Origin: Epiperipatus broadwayi
Lineage: Eukaryota; Animalia; Onychophora
DNA: 64,000 nucleotides
Assembly: GCA_028023455.1 (NCBI GenBank)
Contig: JAQFVV010000005.1
Span: 7,068,001-7,132,000 of the forward strand
Reading direction: 5' to 3'
The notes under the pieces are model-generated. The model did no database searches and was not told where the DNA came from. It was given only the letters and a program-made list of their open reading frames with translations. This document shows, one piece after another, positions 25,861 to 40,024 of this stretch. The first letter of the stretch is position 1; each line of letters opens with the position of its first letter. The translations under genes and the position numbers were made by a program.

Positions 25861-25929
25861 ACATGTCTTTGTAAGAAAACTGTATATGTGGAAATCACAA
25901 TGTGATAAAGTACATTAATAAATTGATGA

Positions 25930-28070
25930 TGTATTGATTCAGGATAGATATAAGAATGCTATTAAGGTTTCACATGCTTTTCCTAATGCCTCAGATCATA
26001 ACTTGGTTATTCCTAAATTAAATTTGAGTTTAGAAAGAATTAGAAGAGGGAAAATATATGTAAGATGAAATTTAGTTAAATTGAGAGGAATGAGAAAAAA
26101 TGGTTTAATATGTGAAAGTACAATAAAAAGATTTGTTAAAAATGAGGAATATATTAATAGTCCTGATAAGTGTTGGTGTATGATTAAAGAAGGATTATGT
26201 AAAACAGCAAAAATAGGTTATGTTAAGGAAAGCTAAACAATCTGAAGGTATGTTAGAAAGGATGGAAGTACAGAGAATATAGAAGAATGTAACAAGAAGG
26301 ATGGGCAAAGTGCATACAGAAAAATAATGAGCTAAATAGAGAAACAGACTTAGCAAAACAAAATAATTCGAGCATAAATGTAGAGAGATAAATATACTTC
26401 AACAGTTGAACAGATATGATTTGGTATATGATAGAATAAGAAATGTCATTTGGGAGCAAAAGACATGGGTAGCAATTAAGTTTGCAGGTAAGAATGGAGC
26501 AAGATTAAGTAATAGCAAGAAAATATTAAAAGATGGAAAGAATATATTCAGTGTTGATTTAGAAAAGAAGATAATTTAATTAATTATGAATTTAAAAATG
26601 AGGAAGATATTGAAGTAGATGATAAAAATATAGACATATTGCCAAATGAAATAATAGAAAATTGCACAAATGGACACTGGTAAGGCTGTTGGATTTGATG
26701 CAATCCCTATAGAATTTTTGAATGAAATGGGAGAATTTATTCTGAAGGAAATAATTGTACTTTGTAATTTGATTTATAATAGAGGAGTTTGGCCTGGAAT
26801 TTTTTGAGAACTATAATGATTCCAATTGCTCAATAGAGAAAATTGTTAAATGTGAAGACTACAAGATAATAAATTTGTTATCTCATTTTTCTAAGTTTTA
26901 TTGAGGATTTTAACTCAAAGAATTTACAGGAAGGTAGAGTATTATATTTGAGAAGAACAGTTTGGTTTTTAGAGAGAAAGAAGTAGAAAAGATATTGATG
27001 TTGCTAGAACAATTACAGTGAGAAATATTGAAAAAGTAATTGAAATTGGAATATGTTTTGTGGACTTGGAAAAAGCATTTGATTGAGTAATTAGAAAGAA
27101 CTAATGTTCATCTTAAAAAATAAAGGTGTTTTGGAAAGAGAAGATTTGGAATATGTATTCGGGGCAAAGGATAAGCATTAGACTAGATCTGATGAATATA
27201 GAAAAAAAAGTAAGGCATTGAAGCAGTATGTCACCTGTTCTGTTTAATATTTATTTAGAAGATATGTTAAATATTCATTTAGACTGTGGAGGAGAAATTG
27301 TTGGAAGTAGGATCATAAAATGTATTAGATTTGCAGATGATATTGCTCTCTTATGTCTAAGAATGAAAAGTGTCTTCCCAATATATTGAACAAATTGGAG
27401 GAAAGATTATATGGAATAGTGAATGAAGAGAAATGTTGAGAAAACTAAGTGTTTATGGATATGAAGGAATACAAAAAGACTGCAAATTAAAATCCATGAT
27501 AACTTAGTTCAATAGGTAAAAAGATTTAGATATTTGGATAGTTAGTCGAGTGATGATGGAAAAAATAAAGATGTAGTTAAAAGAAGAATAGCATTGGCAA
27601 AGGAATCATTTATTAACAGATAGAAAATGTTTTGTGGAACATTAAAGAGAAAATTCAGAACAAAATGAATTAAATGCTAGGTGTGGAGGGTATTATTGTA
27701 TGGTGAAACATGAACAATAAATAACAAAATTAGGAAACAGATTGGAAGCTTTTGAGATGTGGACATAATGAAGGATAAAAAAAATCAGTTGGATGAATAA
27801 AATATTGAATAAGTTTCGAAAAGAGTAAATGAAAAAGGATTGATTGTGGAAATTAGAAAGAGAAAAAAAAACTGTATTGGACATATATTAAAAAGAAATT
27901 ACAGTTTTATGAAAGATGTTTTGGAGGAAATGGTGAATAGAAGAAAAAAAATGTGATATTGTTGGATGGTATAAAAGATGGGAAGAGTTACATGGAATTG
28001 ATGAAGTGGGCAATAAAGATAATGGAAGAGAAAATACATGAATTGTTGGAGTGACTGTTCAGGACCTGGT
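25930..28070 (+). mobile_element. Decayed RTE (BovB-like) LINE, a different family from the 9651 element
   Basis: Broken-frame motifs: ASDHNLVI (APE end), GKAVGFDAIPIEFL, EEQFGFR, CFVDLEKAFD, KCIRFADDI, LEAFEMW. Confidence 0.75.
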
Positions 28071-28213
28071 CCTGGGACAAAAACTGTTGATAATGATACT
28101 CCTTCAAATAGATTATTCTTAATAATCATATTTTTCACACATTTTATATTTTTCAGTTTCAATATATATATAATATTATAAATTGATGTCTGTATTTCTT
28201 CAAAGCAATATAC

Positions 28214-28390
28214 GGAATCTTATAATTGAATATTAGTAAATACAGTAATCAAAAATTTTGAAAAGTACAAAAAATATAAGCGCCTTCGACTACGAGGATA
28301 GTCGAAGGTTCTCCTAAATGACGATTATATTTTTTGTACTTTTCAAAATTTTTGATTACTGTATTTACTAATATTCAATTATAAGATTCC
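28214..28390. repeat. Perfect 66-bp inverted repeat with a nested 10-bp hairpin in its 45-bp spacer
   Basis: 28214-28279 is the exact reverse complement of 28325-28390. The spacer holds CCTTCGACTA-cgagga-TAGTCGAAGG. Confidence 0.95.
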
Positions 28391-29279
28391 ATATATATAT
28401 ATATTGTAGGAGAAACCTTTTAATTTAAAGAGTACAAATAATCTTAGGATTAATTTCATATTTACTATTCCATTATTACTGATGCACTCTCATCTAATAC
28501 ATCCATGTTTGATCTACAATTCATCATTTTCTCATAGAAAGTAAGAATTTCATGTTTGTCTTAAAATTATTGCTATCATTATTAACTTCATTATAAAAGA
28601 AATTTTGAAACCTAACAAAGAAATGTACAGTTTTAATTGCAATATCTTCTCAAAAATTACATTTTGAGATTTCAACAAACAGGCAGCTATATTCCACAAA
28701 TAAATTTATTGATTTATGAATCAATAAATTTAAATTAATGACAAATTGTATTATCAAAAAAATAAAAGCTGAATTTAGTATAACTAAATTATGGTTCAAA
28801 AAATGAGATTATATTCAACATCAATGAAAATTAAATTATGGAATTGTCATCAAATAAACTGTTGCAATTCTTGACTTGAAATCTATCACGTATATTCTGG
28901 CATAATTTTCATAAATATGTTGTGATGTTATATATATATAATGATCCTCAGCTTTTGCAGTAAAGCTGGATAGGAGTTTTGTGAATATGTATTATTTTTA
29001 AAAAATTTAACAGTTTAACTTTTCAGTAAGTAAGTACATTTTATTGTTAAATGCTAATTAAGTGTTTATACAACTGTCATTTTAAAATAAATATTATAAG
29101 ATAGTAATAGCTTCATTTTATATCTGTAATTTCATAATGTTTATCTTGATAAATTTAAGTATTTAGTCATACAATTGTTACTGATTATAGTATTAATGAG
29201 TTTAACTTTTAGAGTAGTAAAGCTAAAATAATCTTTTTAATTGATCATTTAAAAAAATTTTCCTATTCTATTTTCCTTC

Positions 29280-30370
29280 ATACTGTCTCATCTCAGTAAA
29301 AAATGTACTGATAAATGGCTGTTTAATAGTTTATCAGTTATCTTCATATTGATTTCATTCAACTCAGAACAATTTTCAAAATGTATTAAAAATTTTAAAT
29401 GATTTGTAGATCATAATTTAAATTCATTTCAGTATTTCTGAAAATTATGAATATAAGCTAATAATACTGTTTCTCTAATAATTTTTATCTCCCTAGTTTG
29501 CATTAACATGTATTATCTCACATCTTACTAATCAACGAACATTTCCTGTGTTGAATTTATTGAGAATATTAGTCATAAAGTTCATATTTTCTTGTAGTCA
29601 AAATATAATTCAATTTTGCTGTTCCTTTATTTAGATACTTCCACATGTTAAGTTCCACCCACCATTTTTTTTAAAAAAAAAAATTCATAAACATTATGAA
29701 TTTTTTTTTTGGTAAACTCTACAAATCTGTACTTTTCATTTCAATCACTATAATCAAATTTACTCACAACACTATCATCTGTCAATAGATTATCAATTTT
29801 GGAATTAAATCCTCCCATCATTAATTTTAAAATGTTTCTTATTTTGATCAAATGCATTTTGTATATTCATATAAAAATTGTCCACTTCTTCATCATAATA
29901 AAAACTTGTTTCAAGAATAAACTGAATTATCTGCATTTGAATACTTAATCTTGCTACTCTGATTAATATATCATTAATATCCACTCATAATATTATTACA
30001 ATTCTTATTATAATGAATCCCGTATATCCCTTGTGTTTCCAATATTTGTGCATTTGTAATAAAATATACATCGTTTATAAATCATATCATCATCTTTTCT
30101 TCAAACTTCAGAAAAACCAACAATATTCCATTTAATATTAGTTAGTTCTCGCAATTTATGCAATCTTCCTTCACTTGAAAATGATATGCAACTACCTAAA
30201 TAAAAGTTTGTCATCGATTGTTAGTTTGGTTCCATAATCAAAAGATTCTACTACATCTGCCTTCAGAAGCCAATCTCTGTCTTGGCTGGTGACGTTACAT
30301 CTTCTTGGGAATAAGAACCAACATTTAGTTTATCTGTCATCATTGTAAATATCTAATTTAAAATATTCAT
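29280..30370 (-). mobile_element. Duplicated copy of the old RTE relic, lacking the two nested insertions
   Basis: Continuous match to 1130-1260 + 1850-2100 + 3140-3790. Confidence 0.7.
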
Positions 30371-31419
30371 TCACCCACGTATTCATTCTGTCTTCAAGAA
30401 ATTTAACTCATATTTCAGTTATAGAACTATCAGGCAAACTGAGAAGACCATGGTATTTCTTGATACAAAACTCAGAGTTAAAAAGTCAGTAAATTTCATA
30501 CACTGATTGGTACATGTCAGTGAACAACCTATATATGTGTGGTTACTATATGAATATTTATATAATAATAATAGATACAACGTCAAGAACGGAAGAGAGG
30601 GAGAACAATAAGTCTAAATCTTGCTTGGTGTTTTAGAGTCTCAAAGAAAAATCAACGTTTCTCCTTTTGTAATATATTGTCTACAATTTATGTATTATAT
30701 ATTTGTTTATTTAAATATATTCAACTCAATTAGTTACAATTTTGTATACTATTCAAATTTTACGTTATTCCGCTATATAATAATTCTTCGTAATTTAGCC
30801 ACAAGAGGGCAAGATATGTTCGCAATAAAAAAATCAAATTACGCTTTTAACGTAAATTTCTGTGAGCGTAAAATAAATGATTTTTATAATTGAGATAAGA
30901 TTCTCTTAATCCATTATAATTTCTAGTGATGAACTATTATTTACCTTTATGTAAGTTTGCATAATATTGTATGAATTTTTATTTATAAATATAGTTGTCA
31001 ACTACAACCGAAGCTTAATTTTAGATAAGCCTTAAATTTATAAAATGTATACAGTATTTAAATTTTTTTTTTTTTCAAAACCTTTTTTAAATGTTAATCT
31101 ATTGAAAAGTCTGTATTTTTATGGTATTTTATTCATTACATTTTCGCATTAAATATAAATTTATTTAATTCTTTGAGCTAAAAATGTAATTGAATTGCTG
31201 AAAATAATGAATTTTCATTGAGCTAGATGGACATTTTTTTGTATTCATTATTTACAATAGTTTATAGTCATATACTTTGTTTTATACTTGACTTACGATA
31301 AAATTTCAATAGTATACAACGTGATTAAGTGCGCTATTTCAATCATTCAAACTTTTAAAGCTTAAAAGAATATTGTTTGTTATAATACTAATATATAAGG
31401 TATTTAGAAGTTGAACAGT

Positions 31420-34400
31420 CTTTATGCGAACATATATATATATTATAAAATACAGTTTATTATTGAAAGTTATAAAATACCTGCAGATAGTATATTGTTA
31501 TTGTCTTAGTCACAAAATAGTGCATTCTAGAAAATTTTTCTGTAAAAAGAAAATGAATAGTAGTGAAACGAAAAAAAGATAAACTGAGTCAGTTGCAAGT
31601 TAGTTATGGGTTGAAAAGAATTGGCAACTTGGGAGTAATGAAGTTTTGTCGAAAGGAGATAAAAGGCAATGCTAAGTTAAAAACGTATTTTCGTTTATAA
31701 ATGCTTTAAAAGTGAAAATCAAAATGGCAGACCAAAGTGGATAAGACGTTATGTGTTAATTGTCTTTAATGGAAAATAACTCTGAGTCAAGGATACTTAA
31801 TTTATACACTTGTATATGTAAGAATTAAGGAAACTCTAATTAATAGTCTGTAATATATATTTGCAGTGTGCAAGAATGAACTATTTACACACACTATCAT
31901 GTTAGTAATTTTGATACCAAAGTTTAGGGATAACTTATTATTTTTATTATTATTTTATTTATCTCATTGTTATTAATATTAACACTCATCAGCATGGATA
32001 AATAAATTTGCTTAGTTATGAAAGTTGTTTTGTGTTATTTTATTTTTATGCTGACATGTCTGATAATATGAAGAATACTTTTGTCTACATGGCAGAAGGG
32101 TGCAGTCAACAATCAAACTTGTTTTTTCAGGAGCAGTGATAGTAAATTGGTGCAGAGAAATATAGCAAGTATGTTGGTGGCTGTACCAACTCATAGTTTT
32201 TGTGAATTTGATATAAATGATTCAATAGCATGTAACATATATGTAGAACACAGCGAGTGTTACTTGTCTATTAATAAATAAAATTGAAGATAAAGACAAA
32301 GTTTTCCCAATATGTTTTTGATAGTAGTGATGTTCTGTAGATAGCAAAACAATTATGATCTGATGCCTCTACAGAATATACTGTATAAAGAATTAACGAA
32401 AATTCTAAACTATATTTTCTACCAGAAGTGTCAAAATGGTTGGCCCGCTTGTACTTAAAATGTGGAAACAATTACCTCATGAGCACTATCATGAATATAG
32501 TTTGGCATTGGGAACATTGGCTAAACAATATTGCAGATCTGGATGATATGTTGTTAGGTCAGTTTTTTATGGGATGTCAAACCACAATCATAGAAAAAGT
32601 TTGTTAAGGGGATTTGATATATATGATGGCAATTGCAAAATACATACTGCATGAGATGGTAGTAGAAAATGTGTGGAATTTCAAGCTATAATGAGAGAAC
32701 TGAAAAACCTGTCAAATATAAATAAAATATACATGATTAAGGCATCTACAAAAGTTTTCCTAGGAATAACCTGATATATTATTGTTGTGAAGCAAAGGAT
32801 CCACAAAAAAGTTGTGTAAATATAAAATAGGAAAATGCGGTATATGTAACATCAAAGGACATTTTTCTCAGATCTGTAAAAATAAGGATAACAATAATAA
32901 AAGCCAAATTATACCCGAACTTTAAATCAGGGGGAGGTACAGCTTGGAAAAACATAGATATGAAAACAATTAAGTATACAGATAATGGCCGGATTATTCT
33001 TGATCTGACCACCTATTATAATAAAATTAGCATGGAAGTTGACAGTGGCACAGAGCTATCTATATTATCTCTTAGAGAATGGAATAAAATTAACATGGAA
33101 AAGACATATTAGCCCCAAACATCAATGACAATAAAATACACATATGCAGAAAAGTATTAATTCCAGTAAAAATCAACATTAGACAAAGTATTACCATTAT
33201 TTATTGTGAAAAGGAACATAAACCCATTGTTAGATCGAAACTGGTTCAACCCTCTCAGAATATATATTGAGAAAAAGAAAAAAAAAGGTTTGCAGGAGCA
33301 TTGCATACTCATGGAATGAATCTGGGGCAGTAAGCATGAAAATAATGCTAGGAAATGGAAATTTATAATCCAGAAGTGAAGGTTGTTTTGGAAGATAAAC
33401 CCAAGAAAATATATAAAGTGAATGAAGACTAAAAATACATAGCAACACATTTATATAGAATTTTCCAGTCCTATGAATGGATACCTATGTTTAGGTGTAG
33501 TGGATTCATATTCTCATTGAAATGAATACAAGCTTGTAAAAGCTACTAATATAGATTGTATCATAAAAGTTCCCAATTATTTTTCACTACTTATTGTTAT
33601 CCTGAAATCATAGTAATAGACAATGGAACAGGATTTATTTCTACAGTTTTTGAAAAATATTTATCAGATAAAGTGATATGACACATCTTAACTCTGTTCT
33701 ATCCAGCATGAAATGGATTTGCTGAAAAAGTGGTATAATGCTTTAAGTTATGCCTTAAAATGTCAGTTATGATATGGAGATTTTAGTATTATTGAATGTG
33801 TCTAACAATAAAACACCAGAGTTATTGTTATGACAGAAGAGTTTTATGCATTTAACTAAGTTATTAGCAATTCAGAAATTAACAGGAAAATGTATTTTGG
33901 AAGAAGAAAACTAATGCAAACCTAGGAACATGTATAATAGGTAAGAGTATAACGTCAAGAGATCTAATAAAAAAGATATGGAGTTTTTATACTGTCATGG
34001 AAATTGTATCAGATTATCAGAGATTTTAAACTTGAAAAAGGATTACATGTCAGGAGATATGTAAATCACCTACATACTTTTTGGTATGAAGCATTGAATG
34101 AAGATGATAATAGATATTCATTAGCCAATCCTAAATCAGAATCTAGGATAAGTGAAGACTGTAGAGAAACCTCTTCAATTATCCAATACAAGGAACCGCT
34201 CCTTAATAAGGATGTTTATGCCAATAACAGATCAAGCAAGGATTTGCGGATTTAAGTGATGATAATCTATCATCAAGAACAGAAAATCAAGTAGACTAAA
34301 TACAGATCATAATGAAAGAAGATCTGAATCTGCTCCTAGGTGTTCGAAAAATCACCAAAGACCTGAAAAGTTTAATACTATTTTCTAGAGTGAATGCAGT

Positions 34401-34985
34401 ACATTGCCATTGTTTTAGCTGCAAATTGAAGGACCAAAAAATTTGCCTATCAACCAAAATGAATTGTAAATTATGCTAATTAATGAAACTAAAAAAAGAT
34501 CATATGAGTCACTTGGAAATGATTATGTGAATTGAAAAGAACTATTAAGTTAGGGTTAATGAAGTTTTTTAGAAAGAAGAAAAAGGCAGAGCTAGGTTAA
34601 AGCCAAATTTTTGTTTCTAAATACTTTGAAAGTGAAAAGACTAATGTGATTGACTTTTATGGAAAATAATTATGAGTTAAGGATATTTAAGGTATAGATT
34701 TAAGTGTATAAGAATTAAGAAAACTAATTAATGGAACTGTAATACATGAGAATGAAGTATTACCACACATACGTGTTAGTAATTCTTGTCCCAAAATTAC
34801 AGCTAACTATTATTATATCAATTATTATTTTATTTATCATTTATATTGTTATTAATATTAACATTCACCAGCACAAATAAATGAACTTGCTGAATTATAA
34901 AAGTTGTTTTATGTTGTTATTTCATTTTGATGCTAAACATAATTGGTAATATTAAGAATGTCCCCATGTGCATTGCAGGAGTGTC
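31420..34985 (+). mobile_element. Duplicated Gypsy relic
   Basis: LTR-like repeats at ~31500-32090 and ~34400-34985; integrase remnants (YPEIIV.DNGTGF, RRYVNHL) at ~33370-34250 match 6580-7480. Confidence 0.6.
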
Positions 34986-35389
34986 AGTTTTAAATTATTG
35001 ATAAAAATAAAAATATTCTGAGCATTCTTCATTTTGACGTATTGTTAATAAATGCTTACCTTGATTTTTAATTTTGTTTTAAAATTTATTGCATTTGTAT
35101 TTTGCATTGACTTGAATTTAATATATGCTAATAGATTATTTTTGTATAAATATTGTTAAAATATACTCATTTGTTATAAAAGAGTGATTGTTGCAACTTT
35201 GTTTTGATTTGAAATTAAACATTATTTCAAAATAACGTTGGAATTAATATTTGGAATAAATTTTTTATGTGTTCAGTTTATAAGTTGCTGAATTTAATGA
35301 TTATTATAAAAATTTTTGATTATTCATAGTCTTTAAGATGTGTTAAGACTGCATGGAATAGTAGATTTGAATTTAACTTGTTATAGTAA

Positions 35390-35862
35390 TTCAAAACAAA
35401 GCAAAACTCTCCATACAGTAGTGCCAACTTGTGCCAACAAGAACAATCAGTGGATGCCAGAAGGCTTGTGCATAAAATCCCTATCTGGTGCCTATTCATC
35501 CAATATCTCCAGACTAATTTCTGGCTTGTGGCCTTCGTCAGTGAGGAGCCTTGGATCTGAGAGCACTGCATCTAGATCTTAGGATCTAATGCAACTATCT
35601 AACAGCCACATTTTAACTCTACTTAACTACAAAACTATGAGAATGAAATTGAAGACACAATAATATTTTCAATCCAAGCTCAATAGCTTATATAGTCATA
35701 TGGGTCTGAACTCAATTCAGCACCCATACATTTTGGTGACTTTGGCTTTTTTTCATTGATTGCTCTTGTTGGCACAAGATGGCACTACTGTATGGAGAGT
35801 TTTGCTTTGTTTTGAATTGTTTAGTAACAATTATGTGCTAGTATGAGATAGTGATCATGTGA
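35390..35862 (-). mobile_element. Miniature hammerhead-bearing Penelope-like element with inverted 5' end
   Basis: 12-bp TSD TTGTTATAGTAA (35378-35389, 35863-35874); ~65-bp inverted repeats at 35390-35453 and ~35751-35818; absent at the paralogous site (~8740); body matches 39475-39795. Confidence 0.8.
35506..35547 (-). ncRNA. Minimal hammerhead ribozyme motif
   Basis: UCCUCA-CUGACGA-A-GGC/cacaa/GCC-A-GAAA-UUAG-UC-UGGAGA. Confidence 0.6.
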
Positions 35863-36280
35863 TTGTTATAGTAAATTATATATATGTGTATTTTTCAATA
35901 ATAAATTTGTGTTTAGAGTCTATATGGATTTGTAAGTGTTTTTTGAGTTAATTATCAAAAGTAGTAATAATAGATACATATCTCTTTAAAACTTTTTTGA
36001 AGATTGCAATAATTTAGCATTCTGTTTTATCAGTAGGAATGCGTTCTTTTGTGCTTTAAATAATAAATTTGTTTTTTGTTGTCTAGGCTATATTTTGAGA
36101 TATATATTATGGGAATTGTTTAATAAATGCGTTCTAAATAATTATTGTTTCAAAACTATTTTTAATCATGTAACATTTCAGTGATTTATTTTATTAACTG
36201 ATACTATGTATTATATAATAAGTTTAATTTTTAATAGATGTTTTTATTATATATTTAGTAGTTATATTATTTTATAAATA

Positions 36281-36480
36281 AATATTTCCAAATTGTTAAT
36301 CTTCAGCAAGACTCTAGGAGATAATTTTGGAACTAATGTCAATTTTGTACTTTTATTACCCTATTTTCTATATACAGATATCTGATTTGTTTTGTCTATG
36401 AAATATTTCCAAATTGCTAATCTACAGCAAGAATCTGGGAGACAATTTTGGAGCTAATGTCAATTTTGTACTTTTATTAC
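36281..36480 (+). repeat. 79-bp local direct duplication (36281-36359 and 36402-36480)
   Basis: Both copies read AATATTTCCAAATTG.TAATCT.CAGCAAGA..CT.GGAGA.AATTTTGGA.CTAATGTCAATTTTGTACTTTTATTAC. Sits where segment 2 departs from segment 1. Confidence 0.85.
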
Positions 36481-36954
36481 AAAAAACCCTTCCATGCCAA
36501 TCATTTAGTCATATAGCACCTGACTTATCATATTCAAACAACTTACCACTTGTTCCTACTCACATCATCATTTTTCTGCATCATATCACCATGTGTTAAT
36601 ATGATTAGCTTATTATTCTGGTACGTTAAGCCATGAATGGCTAAGATAATATCTCCTTGAGCTTCTGGTCTGGGCCCATCATCATACTACAATATTCCAA
36701 AGTATATAACACAGGAAATTCTTAAAACAACTTGTTAACAAAAATGATAAGCCATCCCACAGCATTATCGCAGCAGTAATTTGCACCAAGGTATATGAAA
36801 TAATGTTGCTGTAACCTATTGATTAACTTTTAATCTATTGCTTATCCATGCTGAAAGTTTAATTGGGCTTAAAGCTATTAACATTTTTGAATACCTGAAC
36901 TGTGCTTATTTATATGAATAAATTGCTATGTTGTTTTTGACATCTAATTTAAAT

Positions 36955-38630
36955 CAATAGTCAAAATAAGTCATAGATCACATGACCCTATCTCTTAATT
37001 TAAATCAATATTTGCATTATTCTAATTATTATAACTATTCTCATTTAGCTGGAATCCTGTTTATAATACGATCTTGCAGAATGTTATACAATAGAAATGA
37101 CTGTAATATAATAACTATGGAAATTTAAATGCATTTGCTTTATTAAGGAAATAAAGTACTATAATTTTGTAATTTAAAATGACATTTATGAACAGTAACA
37201 GTGTGCTAAATTTTTTAAAAATTAATAAAATGTTTATTTTAATGTCTAGAATTTGCAAATGGAAGTATTTATATTTCCAGGAATTGTTTATCATTTCAAA
37301 TATTTTATGAAAATCATTAGATAAAAACCTATGCTTTGAAATATATTACCTATTGTTGGAAGTTTTTCACTTACTATGAAATGTAAATGATTATTTATGC
37401 TGAAATATATTTTTTGTTTGGATATTTTTACCTATTATGACAGATAAAATAAAATTGCTTTTATTAACATTTTAATGCTTTCAAAATATTTATATTGTTT
37501 TCAACTGAAATGAGATTAAGCTCTCGATAAAATTTGTATTGCTTTTTCTAAATATTCATGCTATATATATTTTATTGGAATGTTTTACTTGCTATTAAAG
37601 ATAAATTAATGCTATGCTTTTTACGATGTATGCATTATCTTCAAACTTCATTGTTATTATATATTGCTTTGAAGGAATTTATTATGCTCTTTATAAACTA
37701 CTCAATATTTCAACTTTATATTTGCTTGAAATAATTCTGTGCTCATTTGTTACTTATAAAGTTTATGTTGTGCCCTAAAAATTATTCACTGCTTAAAATC
37801 ATACATTGCTCTGAAGGAAATAACATTATTTGTACATCGTCTTGCTGAAATAATATTGCTATATTTTTACTTTGAATGGCTTACTTTATGTCAGTATTTA
37901 ACTCAATTGCCTCCAATTTTTCCTACTTATCTTCAAAATGTGTTATTAAAATATTCTACTCTTTTTTGGAATCATCATTCTAACTTTAGTGCTTCAAATA
38001 GTGGTATGGGAATATGATTTCAAGACTTAAGAACTTTTAAGCTGGTAAAAAGGCAATATAAAAATATAAATATTAGATTTAATTTTATTTATATGTTTTT
38101 TTATGCTTATAATATTATATGCTTATAATTTCTGTATAATTTATGCTATATGTTATTGGTGTTACTCGGAGTATTTTTTTGTGTTGTAATGTAATCAAAT
38201 GAATGTGGAATAAATGAATTATTGGAGTTGGTGTATTTTTCTCATTTAATTGTTAAGCCATAAATCATATGCCTAATAATTATTTTATTGATAATATCCT
38301 ATGTTTTATTGTTTTTTCATATCATATGTTTATTATTGTTATACAAGTCTCTTTGCCAAAGCTATTTTCAAATATTGTCCTAGTTATGCCTTGGAAATGA
38401 ATTATGTCCTAGGTGACATGTAGCTTGTTGCTATGTTTTTAGCAAGTTTTTATGATGGTTATTCATAATCAGTGTGTTTAGGATTAGGGTTAAGGTCCTA
38501 ATTCTTTATTTATACTTATAGTCAAGTGTGTAATTTGAGTCTATTTCATTGTTTACCTACTATATCATCTGCTGGTGTACTTGATGAAAATGTTTGTCAT
38601 GTGACATTTAAACCCTGTCTTTATTTTGGC
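36955..38630 (+). mobile_element. Possible old Penelope-like relic
   Basis: NQYLHYSNYYNYSHLAGILFIIRSCRM at ~37003-37085 resembles the PLE thumb. Hammerhead-like remnant CTTGATGA-A-AATG...CATT-AAAC-CCT-GTC at ~38579-38620. Short inverted match between 36955-36995 and 38590-38630. Confidence 0.35.
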
Positions 38631-39454
38631 TGTTGAATGTTTGTCGTGCATCATACCAACTATGGTTTTGTTTTGCTCTTGATATTATCAGCATAGTTTA
38701 GTATTTTGATACTGTTGATTATGCATATATACATATTTGAAATGCTTGAAATCATGATAAAATATTCCATGTTTAAATTTAATTATATTAAGTGCTTATG
38801 AAATCATGCATTTTCTACAAATTCAAGATTATAACCTTGATGGTAATATTTATTTATCAATTCATTAAATTTTTTTCCATACTATGTCATATTAGAAAGA
38901 AAGCTGAGGTAATAAATAAAATGTGAGAGCTTTCTCTATTCATAGCCTACAAGTTGTTTTTCTGATTGTCTTTCAATTTATTGTCAAAATCTTAAAACCA
39001 TTGTATTATTATTTTCATATTAAAATTATAATTTCTTATAGATGTCAAACTTTATATTATTAATAAAATATTGCTTTAGTTATTAAAATCAGGCTTTGGA
39101 TCTCTCAATCACATAAATATACTGGGGTTTTTTTTTTTAAATATAAAAATATATTTTTGAAGTCAATTTATTTATTAGAATTTATGTTGTTGATATTTAA
39201 ATAACATCTACAGTGAAGAATATTTTATTGTATTCTTTTAAGCTGGATCATAAGAAATCCTTTAGTATGACATATGGGTATGAACAAAATCCAATTTCTA
39301 CTTACCAATCATGAATGATGATTGAAAAGATCTTTTAATAAATATTAGTCTCATCATTGTTTATTAAAATTAAAATTATTTATTGTATTAAGCTATCAGG
39401 AATCTGGATTATATTATATTCTCTAGAATACATTCACTTATAGGACTTGAACCT

Positions 39455-39799
39455 CTAAACATCACATGATCACTATCTCATATGACTATATAAGCTATTG
39501 AGCTTGGATTGAAAATATTAATAGTGTTTTCAATTTCATTCTCATAGTTTTGTAGTTAAATAGAGTTAAAAGGTGGGTGCTGGAGGGTTGCATTAGATCC
39601 TAAGATCTAGGTGCAGTGCTCTCAGATCCAAGGCTCCTCACTGATGAAGGCCACAAGCCAGAAACTAGTCTGGGGATGTTGGATGAGTAGGCACTAGATA
39701 GGGATTTTATGCACAAGCCTTCTGGCATCCATTGATTGCTCTTGTTAGCACAAGATGGCACTACTATATGGAGAGTGTTGTTTTGTTTTGAATTGTTTA
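39455..39799 (+). mobile_element. 345-bp miniature hammerhead-bearing Penelope-like element
   Basis: 13-bp TSD AGGACTTGAACCT (39442-39454, 39800-39812); high identity to 35390-35700 (reverse); no ORF. Confidence 0.85.
39635..39676 (+). ncRNA. Minimal type-I hammerhead ribozyme with palindromic CUAG in place of stem III
   Basis: UCCUCA-CUGAUGA-A-GGC/cacaa/GCC-A-GAAA-CUAG-UC-UGGGGA; GUC cleavage triplet (cut after 39670); stem I UCCUCA/UGGGGA. Confidence 0.75.
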
Positions 39800-40024
39800 A
39801 GGACTTGAACCTGAGATATGAAGAATATAATTTTCCTTATTGGGTTGGAGAATCTTGATTAGTGTAAGAACTCTGAGATTAGATTAATTAGATTTCTTTC
39901 TGAATCAGTAATGGTGGGAACTTGTTATGGATCTAAGCTGGTCGGATGTGCGAACTTCATATAACTGTGAAAATTTTAAATATAATGTGAAGGATACACT
40001 GTATATATAATACACATAAGTGCT

